The notes under the pieces are model-generated. The model had not been told where the DNA came from. It was given only the letters and a program-made list of their open reading frames with translations, and did not search any database. A DNA stretch of 63,878 nt, filler included, from Octopus bimaculoides (lineage: Eukaryota): NCBI RefSeq assembly GCF_001194135.2. It is 7 parts of 6 records of this genome, joined end to end, with 100 filler letters (N's around TTAATTAATTAA, not from the genome) between each part and the next. Parts side by side here need not be neighbours in the genome. Positions count along the whole stretch, not along the records: positions 16,919 to 44,864 come from NC_068996.1; 6 more parts are not named here. One strand, given 5' to 3'. Each line of letters opens with the position of its first letter. Positions within the stretch are counted from its first letter, which is position 1. A program made the translations under genes and the position numbers. Of the stretch, positions 27,706 to 42,406 are shown in pieces.

Positions 27706-28419
27706 GAAAGCGTTTTACAGTACGTTGACAATTGGACATCCTGGTTATCTCCATTCTGAGGTTTAGCATCTAGAAATCAGTTTTCCCCCCATTCGGTGCC
27801 ATATCTCCCGAGGGTTTCCTCTTTTGCAGGCTCTGTACACTTTGAGAGCCCCACACATCCATACACATCACATGCTCACATCAATGTAATCTTCTCTCTT
27901 TGCAAACTACATCCAATTTCTCTTATACACAGTTTTTTTCTTTTTTTTTTCACTCAGGTCATTTGGTCTCTTTTGTTTGCCTACACTAATATCAAACATG
28001 TACAGAAGCATGCTTGTTTCTTTTCTCTCTAACCTTCACAAATCCTCTGCGTTCAAAGTCCATGTTTCATAATCATGTAGCATAGCACTTCACACACAAG
28101 CATCATGCAATTTGTTCTTCACTCACTGGGAGAGACCTTTTGTTACTTAGCATAGTTAGTTGCACACTGAGCTTTTTTTTTTAACCTGTTTCTACTCTGG
28201 CTAGTATGTTTACTGGGCACTCACCACCACTGCTGACTAGGTCACCTAGGTAACAGAAACTATTGGTTACTTCTAGGAAGTCATTAAGGCAGCTGAAAGA
28301 ACCTATTTCATGAGTGATGTTCATTCTTATAAATATTTAAGCATATGTGTGTGTTTGTGCATGTGTATGTATGTATGTATGTATGTATGTATGTATGTAT
28401 GCATGTATGTATGTATGTT

Positions 28420-28450
<31 letters not shown>

Positions 28451-28705
28451 TTGTATGTTTGTATGTATGTATGTATATATACGTTTGTATGTATGTTTGC
28501 TTCTTTTCCTTTTTATCTCTGCTATGTTTATAGAGAAACTTCCTTTGGTCATGAATGATCATGGGATTACACCTGGAAAGTTCCTCTCCAAGTTACAAGT
28601 CTGGGAAAGGTTGTTTATGGAAGACCAGCAGTCATCCATGCATACCAGCCTCCCCTCTCCATACCACTAATGTTATCCAAGGAAAAGGAAAATTCTTCCT
28701 CTGAA

Positions 28706-29040
28706 GAAGGAGCTGGTTTATTAGAAAGATACAAAGCTCTTTCATTGGGATGTAAATAATGAAAACAACGTCACATTTTAAACCTGAGAGAATTCTAGCA
28801 TAGCTTCTCTGTTCTGATTACAGATTGTATTTGTTATGTGCGAATCAGTTGGTTGACTTCTTTTACTGAAAATCCAAGCTTGTGTGTGTGTGTGTTCTCT
28901 TCTATTTTTAATTATTTAAATTCTTCTTTTGCAGAAGGAACTGGTCCCTAACAAAGGTAGAAAGCTCTTTCATTGGGATGTAAATAATGAAAACAATGTT
29001 GCATTTTAAACCTGAGAGAATTCTAGCATAGCATCTTTGT
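28706..29040 (+). repeat. About 105-bp direct repeat pair
   Basis: aaagctctttcattgggatgtaaataatgaaaacaa...aaacctgagagaattctagcatagc occurs at about 28735 and about 28962. Confidence 0.85.
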
Positions 29041-29134
29041 GTGTGTGTGTTTGTGTGTTTGTGCGTGTGTGCATGCATGCATGTATGTATGTATGTATGT
29101 GTATATATATATATACACATATATATATATATAT

Positions 29135-29360
29135 ATACTACGTATGTGGGAAATTCTGCCTGTGGGTGTGTTTGTCTGCGGAGTTGTTAGCTAACTCTTC
29201 CTACATCGTTTTATCGATTTTGATGAAACTTGACACGTGAGTAGAACTCATGTCTGGAAACCTCATGGCATACTCTGTTGAAAAAATCGATAATAGGGCA
29301 CCTTGAAGGGATCCTTATATATAACTAATATATTTTATTTTAACAGCCAAGGGAAATAAC
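29135..29360 (-). mobile_element. Second copy of the 23.4-23.9 kb repeat
   Basis: Reverse-complement match, for example gagtagaactcatgtctggaaac, aaaaaatcgataatagggc and aagggaaataacc. Confidence 0.65.
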
Positions 29361-31549
29361 CTATTTATTTTCCTATATTATTTGGTATAAATCAAATTGA
29401 GTATGCTTATTTTTTAGTATTTGAACTGTTAGAGATATTTGCGCAACTTATCCAGTACTACTCTTAAACAAGTAAATAGAATTTTTCTAAACAATAGATC
29501 CACTTATTCGTGAATATACCATGAATGACGATGCTTTTCATGTTACTTCAGCCAATTGACAAGCGCTGCATGAAGAACTGTTCTACTTTTAGACGAATGC
29601 ACTGTCAACACAAAGGCCACACCCTGTTTACATGTAGGAACACCTTCTTAAAATCTATCTGTACATCTTGAAAATGGCCAGTGTGTATATTTCACAGAAG
29701 ACAATGCTTGAAATGTAGTTCTGAATCCAAGAGAAACCACTTTGACAACTTTCTTCAAATTATGCCAATATGACCTGTTTGCCTGAACTTATTCTATTGG
29801 TCTCTTTTGCCAAACTGCTAAGTTACAGGGACATAAACACACCAGCATCAGTTGTCAAGCGATGGTGGTGGTGGGGTGGGGGGTTTGGGGCAAACACAAA
29901 CACACACACACACATCTGTATATATGACAGGCTTCTTTCATTTTCCATCAACTAAATTTGCTCACAAGGCTTTGGTTGGCCCAAAGTTATAGTAGAAGAC
30001 ACGTGCCCAAGGTACCATGCAGTGGGACTGAACACAGAACCACACAGCCACTCCTGCATCACACACACTGCACCTTATCATATATATACCCTCAGCATGT
30101 CTGTTTGTAATACTATATTCACCCCTATATAACTCTCACCTTATTCACTCTGTTACTACAAGTCTTTTTACCCCCTCAAACTCTTGCAACCATTACCCAC
30201 TTACTCCCACCACCCACCCCATCAAATTCTAATCTTTACCCTATCTACAGTTTCATTATTAATTTGCTTCTTTTCACTAAAACAAGTAATATATATATAT
30301 ATATATATCATCATCATCATCGTTTAACGTCCGCTTTCCATGCTAGCATGGGTTGGACGATTTGACTGATGACTGGTGGACCAGGAGGCAACACCAGGCT
30401 CCAATCTGATTTGGCAGAGTTTCTACAGCTGGATGCCCTTCCTAACGCCAACCACTCCGATATATATATAGGGGAAAAACAAAAAGAAAATGGAGAAGAA
30501 ACAGAATGTATGAATAATTTTTTTTTGTATGTTGCAAAAAGGTGAAAATTACTTTTAAAAAACATAACAATACAAATAAATTGATTACAGGCTAACAGCT
30601 CAAAAAATGAAATAAAATAAAATAATGAACCTACATATATGTTTCAGTCCTATCACTGAACTGATCAGAATTTCCAAGCTAAGAAAGGTACCATATTCTA
30701 ACTATATGGTGGTGGGACTTCTTCAGGGTTAGTATAGAGCTCTTGGGACTTAGGTAAAAGTAACTTTCATCTTTTTGCAACATACAAATAAATTATTCAC
30801 TCAACTATTTCTTCTTGTTTTTCCCCCAATATTAATTATTTCAATAACCCTAACATATACCAATGACTTTCGCATTATATGACAGGGATTAAACCAGTGG
30901 AATACATGGGATTATATAATCCCTAATGAGAACTTAACTTCCTCAAATTAACTATATATATACATATAAATCATTTTGATGCGACTCTACCCTATGCTGT
31001 TTTCTCCCCCTATCATTTTCTCTCACATCTTTTCTCTAATTCCTTTTGTTCTCCCCTTCACCATTGTCTATCAGTTCCCCTTCTTTCTCCTTTACTCTCT
31101 CTTGTTGTGCACACGTGACCATTGTCCATCATTCTTTTCCTCACGTGATCATCTTTCTTTTCTTTCAGGGTTGTCCTAAAGACTAGACGTATTCTGTCTC
31201 TCTCCTACCTTTTCTTTTGTCAAAGAAAATATTTCTCTAGCGTTCGCTATTTTACCGTCATTCTGGTCTAATGACACTCCAAGTTTGTTTTCTTTCGGTT
31301 TCCTTGTATGTCTCCACTGTCCTGTTTTTGTTCTCAACTTTGACCATCCATAAATCCCAAATTTTATTTTGGTACTTATGAGAGCAACTGTCTTTGAAGA
31401 CTCATATTGTCGTTCAGCGCTTGAAATGAGGAGTAGAGATAGGCAGCCGACAACTGATGAAGGGTCGTTCTTTATGTTACTTGTCCTGTACCCATATATG
31501 CATATATATATATATATATATATGTGTATGTGTGTGTGTGTATAAATGA

Positions 31550-31580
<31 letters not shown>

Positions 31581-31915
31581 GGTACAGGTGTGGCAAGAAA
31601 TTTGCTTCCCAACCACATAGTACCAGGTTCAGTCCAACAGAGTACCACCTTGGGAAGATGTCTTCTACTATAGCCCTAGGCTGACCAAAACCTTGTGAGT
31701 GGCATTGGTAGACGGTAACTGAAAGTGTGTCGTATATGTCTTTGCGTCTATGTTTGTCCTCAACTACCCCTTGACAACAAGTTTTGGTTTGCTTACCTCC
31801 CCGTAACTTAGCGGGTCAGCAAAAAGAGGCTGCTAGAATAAGTACCAAGTTTAGAAAAAAAAAAAAAAGTTCTGAGGTCAATTTGGTCAACTTAATCCGT
31901 AAAGCAGTCATTAGA
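31581..31915 (+). mobile_element. SINE family B
   Basis: Head plus body matching the other B copies. Confidence 0.75.
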
Positions 31916-33676
31916 CTGTAGTCTAATGAATAAAACAAATGTGTGTGTAGATGTATGTATGTATGTGTGTGTGTATACGCGCATATGTTCATTTATATTT
32001 TTGGTGTCGTGTATATGGCTAAATTTCTGCATGGTATTCTTTTCTTTCTGTTTTCAAATTTAAACTGCTTAAGATCCAGCCAATGACCGGCTTCATTGGG
32101 GGAAGAGCCTTTCTGTTGATGGTATATATCGAAACGTTCAACTGTAAAAATAAAAAGAAAAAAGAAAAAAAAAACAGGTTTGTGCTGTGGTCTAATTTCG
32201 AACTGGAAAAATATTGTATAAGCGAGCTGTTGAGATAAAATAAAAACATAAATAAATAAACCCACTTGCTACCCAAACCAGCGTAACCTTTTGTTCAATA
32301 CAATAGTCAGTGACTCATGGTGCATAACAGCTTCCCAGCGGCACGGTGTTTTCTGTGTGTGGGAGTGACTATCATAAATAGTCGGTCCTATTACAGTAAC
32401 TATTATAAGCTATGAAGTGTTACAAAACAACAACAATAACGAGAAAAAAGATACAAACAACTAAAAAACAAAACTAAACAACAGAAAAACGAAACACGCT
32501 CGCACGCACACGCATACAGCACAAATAAAAAATTTAAAAAGCAGAAAAAAAAGAATGCAGCCGGTTTCTCCGGTGTGTATATTTGGTTAAATTGAACTCA
32601 AGAGTTTAGAGGCCATCGTTATTAGACAACTTTCTTAATGTCAAGAAAGGTACGTTAAGAAAGTAAATTTAAGAAATGACACATGCGTACATGGTTTCGT
32701 TTTCCTTTTCTTCTCTTTTTTTTTATTCCTTTGATCTTGTCCCTGGCATTCAACCACTTCAAATGACGATGCGACCAATGTTACTTCCCTCAAATAACAT
32801 TGGAGGTCTATCACTGTTAACTGGTCCTACAGACCCGGTTTCCCGCCTCAAGGAAGCCGGTAATAGATATTGAGGTGGGAGCGAAAAGAATTTGAAATTG
32901 GAGCGCAGAGCCGGGACAGGTACCGGAAGGTACTTCGTCCGACTTTCTAATAATTCCGTTACATACCCTCAACTTGGTACTTAATGTAACTAGTCTAATA
33001 TAATGAAAGGCAAAGATAGCTTAGGCGAAATTTGAACTCAGAACATATAGAGCTTGGAAAGAATACCGCAAGGCTGATGCACTAACAAATCTGTCCAATG
33101 ACACACATCGACATGAATACTTGATAGGAGTGAGTAAAAAGGAATTGCGCTCAACCGGCGCTCAACCACCTGTTCAACTTAGAATGCTTGTGTAGTTCCT
33201 ATACTTTTGTATATACAATATACTTTTGTATATATAATAATTATGTAACAAACACACGTATATGTATATTTTAATGAATACCATTATTTATGCCTGAATA
33301 CAAGTTTCACTTGGATTGGCTTAAAATTTTTTTAGAGGGAAATACTTGCGTTCCCCATTGTAGTGTGCGATTGAGGGAGAGTAGTAATCCTTTGTTGGGC
33401 ATTTTTATTGTCCATGTACATTTGTGAATTACATTCTTAATGAATAAAGGGATTCTGTTTCTTCCCGCTTCTCATCTTTTCTCTGTTTATATTCATATAT
33501 ACCCACTGTGCGTGTGTGTGTAAGTTCGTATGTGTCTGTATGCATGGGTGCATATAATCATAAGAGTGCCTTCATTAAAAGAATTCACCTTAGTTATATA
33601 TATACAGTTGTTTTTCTTGTTTACTCCAATCGGACAGCTTGGTCTTTACCAACAGTGATCATACGGGCCTTTTTTT

Positions 33677-33822
33677 GGTAAATTTTCAGATTAACACCCG
33701 CACGATTTTCACTAGGGTAGGAATTCCGTCCCTAACCCTAGCCCTAACCTTAACCCTAAAACACTAACCGTAACCCTAACAGCCTAGTGAAAATCGTGCG
33801 GGTGTTAATCCGAAAATTTACC
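33677..33822. mobile_element. Merlin-like MITE with CCCTAA-like repeats in the spacer
   Basis: 40-bp TIRs (33677-716 / 33783-822, 1 mismatch) starting GGTAA. 8-bp TSD CTTTTTTT on both sides. The spacer is degenerate (CCCTAA)n. Confidence 0.8.
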
Positions 33823-34449
33823 CTTTTTTTATTGTAAGATTGTATTTTTACTTTTCAGTTTTGGGGTTATTGGGAGTGAAGGAGATATCAGTTCGATCAG
33901 AAACGAGTGCTGCGTGAACTTGTAACGGAAAACTTGATCGTGTTACCCACGGGGTCCATTTCTGTCTGTCTGTCTGACTCTCTATTTATCTCCTCCTTTT
34001 CTCTCGTCGGTTTTTAATGAAATAAATTAAATGAAAACTTTTCAGGTAAGAAATGAACGATTAGACGAAAGAACGAAAAAACAACAAAAAAACTACTTAA
34101 AATTATCCCCCTCCTCCGCACCGATCAAAAGAAATAATTTGTAGACTTAATGTGGTACTAATAAACAATATACAGAACCCTGTATATCATTGATAGATGC
34201 AAAAGTCGGATTGAAACATAAATACATAAGTATAGAAATGATGGTATTTGTTGTCTAGCTCTTGATGCCCCCAAGCAAAGCTTTCTACACCCGACAATTT
34301 CATCTTATTTTCCGACATTGTATCCAGGATAACATTATCCAATGTATTTTTCCCTGTTTTTTAAACAGTTACAATATGTTTGAAGTAGAATTTGACTGTT
34401 GTTTCTAGCACTTCGAGTGACCACGTTGAGTCTGGTCTGATAAACAGAC

Positions 34450-34455
34450 GAAAAG

Positions 34456-34512
<57 letters not shown>

Positions 34513-34773
34513 CAGACAGATAGATAGACAGACAGATAGACAGACAGATAGACAGGTAGATAGATCGATAGATAAATAGAGAGATAGATAGATAATAGAT
34601 AGATATATTTCTTTTATTAGCCACACAGGGCTCAACGAAGATGGGACAAATACAATGTAGAGCTTTTCTTTTTGGGAGGGGGAAGGAAAAAAAAAAAAAA
34701 AAAAAAAAAAAATTGGTGGTGTCGATCAATAGATAAATAGATAGATAGATAGACAGACAGACAGATAGACAGG

Positions 34774-34806
<33 letters not shown>

Positions 34807-34910
34807 GGATAGATAGATAGGTAGGTAGGTAGATAGATAGATAGATAGAGGGGTAGGCAGTTAGACAAATAGATAGATAGAAAAGGAAATAGAGAGAGAG
34901 ATAAACTGAT
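34450..34910. repeat. (AGAT)n/(AGAC)n microsatellite blocks
   Basis: Directly visible; the source of the spurious LSIY ORFs. Confidence 0.95.
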
Positions 34911-36954
34911 AAAAAAAGATATGACGACTCAATCGATAGGTAGATAGATGGAGAGAGGAAGAGAGAGAGAGGGGGGAAAGAAAACGAAAGCAACAAGCAA
35001 TCATTGAGAGGAATAGTTTGAGTTGACAATAATAACCACACACACACATGCATAATATGGGTGGGGTGGAAGAATAGGGCTGAAAAGAGAGAAACAGAAA
35101 ATGTAAAAGATGTGTAGGAGGTGGATAGTGAAAAAGTAAAGAAATAAAGCAATTAATACGGAGGGGGAGAGTGGTAAGAATTAGAAATAGAAGTAGAAGG
35201 AGGAGGAGGAGAAGAAGAAGGTGAAAGAGGTGTGTATATGTATACAAAAGGAAAGGCGAGACGGCAATATATGACAACGACAATCAAAAAGTAAAAAAAC
35301 AGTAAGAAAGAAAGAAAGCGAAAGGTGAAGTGAAAGAGGAAAAAGAAAAAGAAAAAAAGATTGGCAGTTAAGCAAGAATTTCATTCAATGGTCAGCAGCA
35401 ATGGAGAGAAGAAACAACCGGAGGTCTGTGCTTGGAGAAAGGAGGAGTTTCGTAATGGACAGTAAATCTGTGGATAAAGAAGGTAGGGATATGTAGATAT
35501 ATATATTTATGTGTATATTTATTTATTTACTTACCTATATCTATCTATCTATCTATCGTATGTTGGCTATCCCTGATAGAAGGATGTTTTTGTTGTTGTT
35601 GTTTAAAGGGTTTATTAGGGGGTAAGAAAAAGAAAAAAACAGGGAGAAGTTTCTTTTTCTTTCTTTCTATCTCTGTATATTGCGCGTGTATGTATGTATA
35701 TATATATTTGTATATATAAATGTATGAAATGAAGTATGTATAATTTTCAAGAGCGAATTAAAACGAGAATTTATATGCGCACATCTCTGATACAATGTTT
35801 CTAATTGTCCGCATGTACACAGACAGTATATATACGTGCATGTAATGTGTGTTTAGCATGCATACTTTTGTCTGCATGTATAGCATTTTCAAATACGTAC
35901 AAAAATAATTTGAGTTGCTCTGTACATATTTTCATTATCTATCTATCTATCTATCTATCTATATATTTATCTATCTATATATCTATCTATCTATCTATCT
36001 ATCATCTATGTGTTTATAAACATACACACGTTCCTCTTCAGATTTTATCACACTTTCATCCCAACAACACCGTTTCTCCTTAAAACGGCATATAAGCCCT
36101 AATTAATATCGTTTATAATTAGGAAGCATCACACCATTTCACCTGTAGTTGTTATTTTTAGTCAAAAATGAACTGAGTTTCTCTTTTAGCCCCAACTATG
36201 CTTTGATAAAACGGACCCCTTACTAGAAAGCGTTTTAGTCTTAGCCATCCCGTCTTTGTTTTTCAGATAGAACTTCATAGTCCTTCCTACATGCCCAAGA
36301 ATTACCATTTCCACATCTCAGCCTTTTTTTATATATATTTTTTTTAAAGAATGATTGTAAGGTGTGATTTAAGGAAATTTTGTCGACATTCATAACCGGT
36401 TTTGCGATTACGTAGAGACAAAGTAAATACAAAACAATGCTGGTTGTGTTATATACTCCAATCATACACCGCTGTTTTATTATAATTCCCTTCACATCTA
36501 GGATGTTTTATAGAAATATTAAATTTTTCTCCCCACTTGTACATAATTTTATCGATACCGGAAGAGTGTAATGCAATGTAAACCCCGGCGGAATTTGAAC
36601 TCAGAACGTCAAGGGCCGTAACTAAATGCTACAGGCATTTAGTCCGACGCTGAAACCATTCTTTAAATCTACCACCTGTTCAAATTGTATTTATATTCTG
36701 GTGTTACTGATGTTACGAATGATTTTGATGATGTTGTTGTTATTACTGTTGTTTGTGTATATTACGGAATCTGCAATTATTATTCCTGGGTTGGGTGGGA
36801 TGGGTTGCCGAAAACTAGGCGTTTAGAAACCCGGTCTAAATGTATTATACAACATTCCACTACTTTCTTTTCTTCGTTATTTTTCATGTCTCTGGTGTTT
36901 CATTTAGTGACTTCGAAGTTTCGGTTTGCTCACCTTGCTGAGACTACATACGCA

Positions 36955-37023
<69 letters not shown>

Positions 37024-39084
37024 GCGTGTGCGTGCCAAGTTGTTAGAACGTCGGGCAAAATGCTTCGTGGTAGCTTCCGACCCTCTACACCTTGAGTCCA
37101 AGTCTCACCGATGTTATCTTTGCCTTTTCATCCTTTTGAGTTCGATGAATGAAAAAGTACCCATACCAACCAAGGCTCTGGATTGCTGGATTGGATGCCC
37201 TGCTATGGCCTACTTGGTTGGTCAACTTAACCCGTCACTTGGTTTAACAGTACTACCTGGCCACCTTAAGTGCTTTTAGCGGAGTCCACTCTTGGTGCAG
37301 CCATTCGGGCCAAGCTTCCGGTTTGAGGATACCTTCTTCCTTCCTCCTCCTCATCCTTCAATCCCGGACATACCCTTACTCTTTACAATAAAAAATTCAC
37401 CCTGTTTCAACGTAAGAAACTAATATAACAAGTGGACTAAACGAAAAATTCCCTGCCTGCGAGAGATCACATCGCTTTCTTTAATAAAGAACGTATTCTA
37501 TATTGTAGTCCTGCATATGGGACAGTCCGTAGAATCTGGTTGATTAAGATTGACCTGGGACTAAGCAAATACTCGAATGCTAGAAATATAGAAATAGTGA
37601 CTGAATCTGCCTCAAATTACACCCATTTTAACAAAGGAAAAGCTACATAGTCATTCACAGCCTTTGGTTACGGCAGCAAAGCTTATGTCTAATCGGCTTG
37701 GTTGGTCATGGTTGATTTGGGGTGTAAACAACGGCTGTAGCAACTAATATCATACTTGTGGAAATGCCGGTGACAGTTGCTGGCCGACGCAAGTTAGTGC
37801 GCCGGACGAACAGTTTTTGTTACATTCATCTCGTTATTCTATTCTTTATTCAACTTCTCGCCGGGTGTAGTAGTAGAAATAGATCTAACCGACGTGTCAT
37901 CAAAAGATTTGAGTTTTGCTCAATCAAAATAAATATATTACGTTGAAGATTGTTTAGGTCCAGGTCAGTCTTAGCTGAGTAAACCTTGTAATTAAAAGCA
38001 TTCCAGCCGTGAGCTTCTAGCCTTTTTGTAATATGTTGTCCATCCATAACTCCATTTATAAGACATTAGGGTGTGATTTGATGACGATTTGTCTGCTTTT
38101 TCTTCTAGCTTGTCGTCGGAGTGAGCTTGTTATGTATCAATGTTAGACAATATTTGTTGTCAGCAGTTGGGATATGCAACAATTGAGAGTAATTTATCAA
38201 CAAACCGAAACTGCGAACCATTTTCGATTTTCGATAGTTAATATTTACTTCTCTTCACCTACATCGGGCACCGATTGCTTTAATAACCTGAGTCTACTAC
38301 TTCTTTTTTGTGTGTGTTTCTCTTTTAAGAAATAACGGTTACTGATTATAAAGTAGTAGATTCTGTGGGTGCAAGCTCATCGTTAACCGAACCTACCTGG
38401 CTATAATATATTTTCATTTACGTCTATATTGATCTTGGGACACGTACGAATATAAAATAAAGTGCCAGTCGAGTACTTGGTAGCTTCAATATTTCTTTAA
38501 AAGCATCTTAGACGTGAATGGAATTATATCTAATACAAACAGAAACAGCGCACTGATCAGGTGTAGATATAATGCAGACGACACGGGAGAAAATACGGTA
38601 AATGAACTTAACGAACTCGCATAAGCAATTTACGTTAGTATCTTCGATCGATTGTTCATTGTTTTGCGTTCAAATCTTGCTGAGCTTTCCGTTTCTCCCT
38701 GTTCTGTAAAATAAGAATAAGTTATTTGATTGTAGATCAGTTATGCTCGAAGAGATCTGCTATAAAATGTTCCATACGTGACCATCACGTCTTTTTTTTT
38801 TTTTTAAATCAATCACGCAGTCATCTTGATTCAGTATATTCCCACCCACCCCATCCTTTTACTTTAGTCCGTTTGATAAGAATCAGTTGACGGTGGGACG
38901 ATCGTATCTATTTACCATTCGAATGAGTGATGCTCCGAAAAAAAAAAAAAGAAAAAAAAAGTCTGCCATATGTTGAAACCAGAATGATAAAAATTAAAAG
39001 AAACTGCGCTCCTGCTCTGTTTTTTTCTTCTTTTTTCTTTTTGTCAGCCTTATGGCTATAATAAAGAAATGATTACTTATCAGG

Positions 39085-39335
39085 ACTGAGTACATACATT
39101 TTCCGGAGGGATATGCTGCCCTTCAGTAAATTCGTTGAAAGGTGGTAGAATGTGGATTGAATAAGGATGGCCCAAGTGAACGGTCTACTCCAAATTGGCA
39201 CCTGTAGACTTAGGAATAAGGAGGAGAGAGACGCACTGGCTATGGTACTCCGATAGATAGCGTGACTCAGTATCTGTGAGGTTCCTTGGTTATCCCCTGG
39301 GTGACGTTTTCTCTCCACCTACTGGGGATTTTGTT
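39085..39335 (+). mobile_element. L1/Tx1-like LINE 3' end relic
   Basis: Reads LPFSKFVERW*NVD*IRMAQVNG (the F..RW terminal motif), followed by a UTR and a T-rich tail. Confidence 0.4.
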
Positions 39336-40884
39336 AAGTTTTTTTTTAAAATTATTGTTTTATTGGTTACGTTTCTATGTAGGTCCAAACCCTCTCTTGT
39401 CTTTGTGTGGAGATTTCACAGCTCTTGTGACCATTAAAGAAACTTACGTATATGTTTATTTATTGCTATGGATAACCCTTTACGTTCTAAGTTCAGATCC
39501 CGCCTAGATAGACCGGAATCGATTCAGATCTACAATAGATATTTTGGACTTGTCCCAAAATGTGAGAAATTGTTGTTTTTGTTGTTGCTATAGGTAGCGT
39601 GTTGGCAGAAATATCAGGTGTGTCGGACAAAATATTTCACAGTATTTTATTTTATTATCATTATTTCACTCCCTCTCTTTCTACATTTCCGAATTAAGAT
39701 CCTAACCGGATTATCTTTGTCTCAATTTTCTTGAAGTCAGGAATGCGAGGTACAAGTTATATAGTGATGACAAATTGACTCTTCCCTACCTTAGAAATTG
39801 ATGGCCATGCGCCAATGTAAACCGTTTTCGTTTGTTATTGATGTTATTGTTAAATGCTATTGTTTTTGTATTTGAATTTTCTGTTTTACATTTCATTGTT
39901 TTTATGGATATTAAAATCAATATATGCCTTATCAGAAATCAATATTAACATTATTGTTATTATTATTATTGTTGTTGATATTGTCGTTGCATGTTTATTG
40001 TTGATGATTGTATTTATGATGATGCTGGCTACACATAACAACCAGTCTTGTGTATTTTTGTTTTTATTATTTTTGTTCCTGTAATTTTTATATATTACGT
40101 TTATTTTTGCATCCTTTTTTTCTTTCTCGCATGTTTTGTTATCTGTTTTGCTGCTGACGATGTTTTAAAATGTTTATATGATGATGTTTTAACGGTGAAT
40201 TTAATATATCTGTTTACATTATAATATAATCTATATCAGCATCTTTTAACTTGGGAGAAGGGAAAAATTGGAGAAATTTCTCCACAGGAGAAAGAAGGAA
40301 TACATTTCAAGATGCCAAATGGGGAAAGCATTCATTGGTTGGAATAGAATCCTTTGTCATTATTTTACACCGTTTTTACGAGATTTACTTTCCTTAATGT
40401 CAATTTCGAGGATGTTTAATATTAATATTTTAGTCTGTTAATGGTATTCGCAACCCATAAGACATATGTCACTCTTAAACTTGATACTTTGTTAAAAATT
40501 GGTCATGTTAGGTAGGATTCCTCGATTGAGTTGCAATTAACAGATTCTGCTACTTCTCTGCACTGCATAGAAAGCGCCACATAAAAAGCACCCAGTACAC
40601 TCTGTAGAATGTTTGGTGTTAGGAAGGGCATCCAGGAGTAGGAGTCATACCAAAGCAGACAATGAAACCTGGTGTAGCTATCCAGCTTACCAGCTCCCAT
40701 GAAACCGTCCAACCCATGTCATCGTAGAAGATATGCATTAAATGATTATATGTATCAAAAGGATGTGTTATAATACTATTCTACAGCCATACCAACAATC
40801 CAACATACCTCCATCATCAGCTGCCCCTTGAATATCATTATGGTTTCAACACCTGAGCAGTACCATTCAATTCAGCATGTATGT

Positions 40885-41120
40885 ATATATATTTGAAAGA
40901 ATGAGTAGAGATGGCTTTCTTTTTTTCTGTATGTATACTTGTAAGAAAAAACTTTTTGCTATTTAAGCAACTAGTAAAACGTACATTTTTCAGTTTCAAA
41001 ACACCTACTTAAAGCTTGAAACTCATATCAAAGCAACTCATTGTAAACATTATTATTGACATTAAAATAAAAACTATCCCCTCAAAAAAGCCATCTCTGC
41101 TCATTCTTTTAAATATATAT
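40885..41120. mobile_element. TA-flanked MITE
   Basis: TIRs TATTTGAAAGAATGAGTAGAGATGGCTTT and AAAGCCATCTCTGCTCATTCTTTTAAATA. Confidence 0.7.
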
Positions 41121-41164
41121 AACACTGTACCAAGAAGTTTCACTTTATTATTTTACTCTATCGC

Positions 41165-41635
41165 AGTCGTGCTGGGCTAGCCATGTCATCAGTATGATTG
41201 CTGAAAAAACACCCAAAATCCCCATGTACTGTCAGCTTGAGAGTGGGCACAGGAATATTGGTTGACCATGGCTCAAATATAAGGACAAGCTACAGAGTAA
41301 CCTCTTAGAGATGAAGATAACTCACAACACCTTTGAGCGAACAGCCTTGGAATGAACAAAATGGAGATCGTTGTGTCAAAATGGTATAAAACACTTTGTT
41401 GCAACCAGCATTAACAGGCTTCGGGGTGTAAGGCAAAAGAGAGAAGCGGCTGCAAATATACCACCTGCATTGACCTGTAATCCTCGTACTTGCAACATCT
41501 GTGGCCTTCTTTGCAAATCGTTGGCAGGACTTAAATGTCACATTCGACATAAGCATTATGACTGACAAAAAAAAGAGTACATTGCTGGAGCCTCATACGT
41601 TGAAACTGACAGGAAAGTCCATCATATACATAATG
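41165..41635 (+). mobile_element. RTE/BovB-like LINE ORF2 C-terminus with terminal C2H2 finger (decayed)
   Basis: Reads WASHVISM...PK..MY..L..GHRNIG*PWLKYKDKL...KWRSLCQNGIKHF...CNICGLLCKSLAGLKCHIRHKH, with in-frame stops. Confidence 0.75.
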
Positions 41636-42075
41636 TGAGGTGTCTCTTCCTCCTTTGAAGTTTTAATTTTTGAAGGTAAAACTCCATTGTGTATTATATT
41701 AATAACAGTACACTGGAACCAATCAATTGACAATGCTTATATATGTCACATTGAATGGTTGAATGGTTTTTAAGTTTACTTTGTTATCACAAAGTCCAGG
41801 GTTCAATCTCAATGTGTGGAACCTTGTGCAATGTCTTTTATTGTAACCATGGGTTGCCTAAAACACGTGTAAAACTGTGGGAAATGTGTGGAAGCATGTC
41901 TGATGTGTTATACCTGTAATTTAAAGGCCCTTGTCACAGTGCCACACCAATTCTATCCAAGAATTACATTAAAGGTACACATCTTATAGGTACAGGTATG
42001 GCTTTGTGGTAACCACATGGTTCCAGATTATTTGGATTTGTGGATTTCATAGATGGATACTGAAAGAAGTCCATT

Positions 42076-42107
<32 letters not shown>

Positions 42108-42182
42108 ACATATATAGATGTCATCATCATCATTTAATGTCTGCTTTCTATGCTGGCATGGGTTGGACGGTTTGACTGAGAA

Positions 42183-42406
42183 CTTTAGCATTTAAACTGG
42201 CCATATTTGGCCAAAATGTTCTATCTGTTTTATGTTCACACTGACCAGATCCTGCCACTAACACCTACCCTACAATGGCATTTTAAAACTTAAAACAATC
42301 ACATTATCTAGATCTTGAAGCTACAAGATAATACATGGTTAATTCAAAACAATGTGAATAAATAAGTGTTGCATTCGACAGATTAATCTGAATCCTAAAG
42401 ACTTAA
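42183..42406. mobile_element. piggyBac-like MITE (degenerate)
   Basis: Ends tttagcattta and ctgaatcctaaagacttaa resemble TTAA-CCCTTTAG termini. Confidence 0.35.

Noticed and set aside
31440-31490. CTGATGA at 31454-60 in a possible Penelope relic
   Set aside because: No GAAA or stem II follows before the microsatellite.
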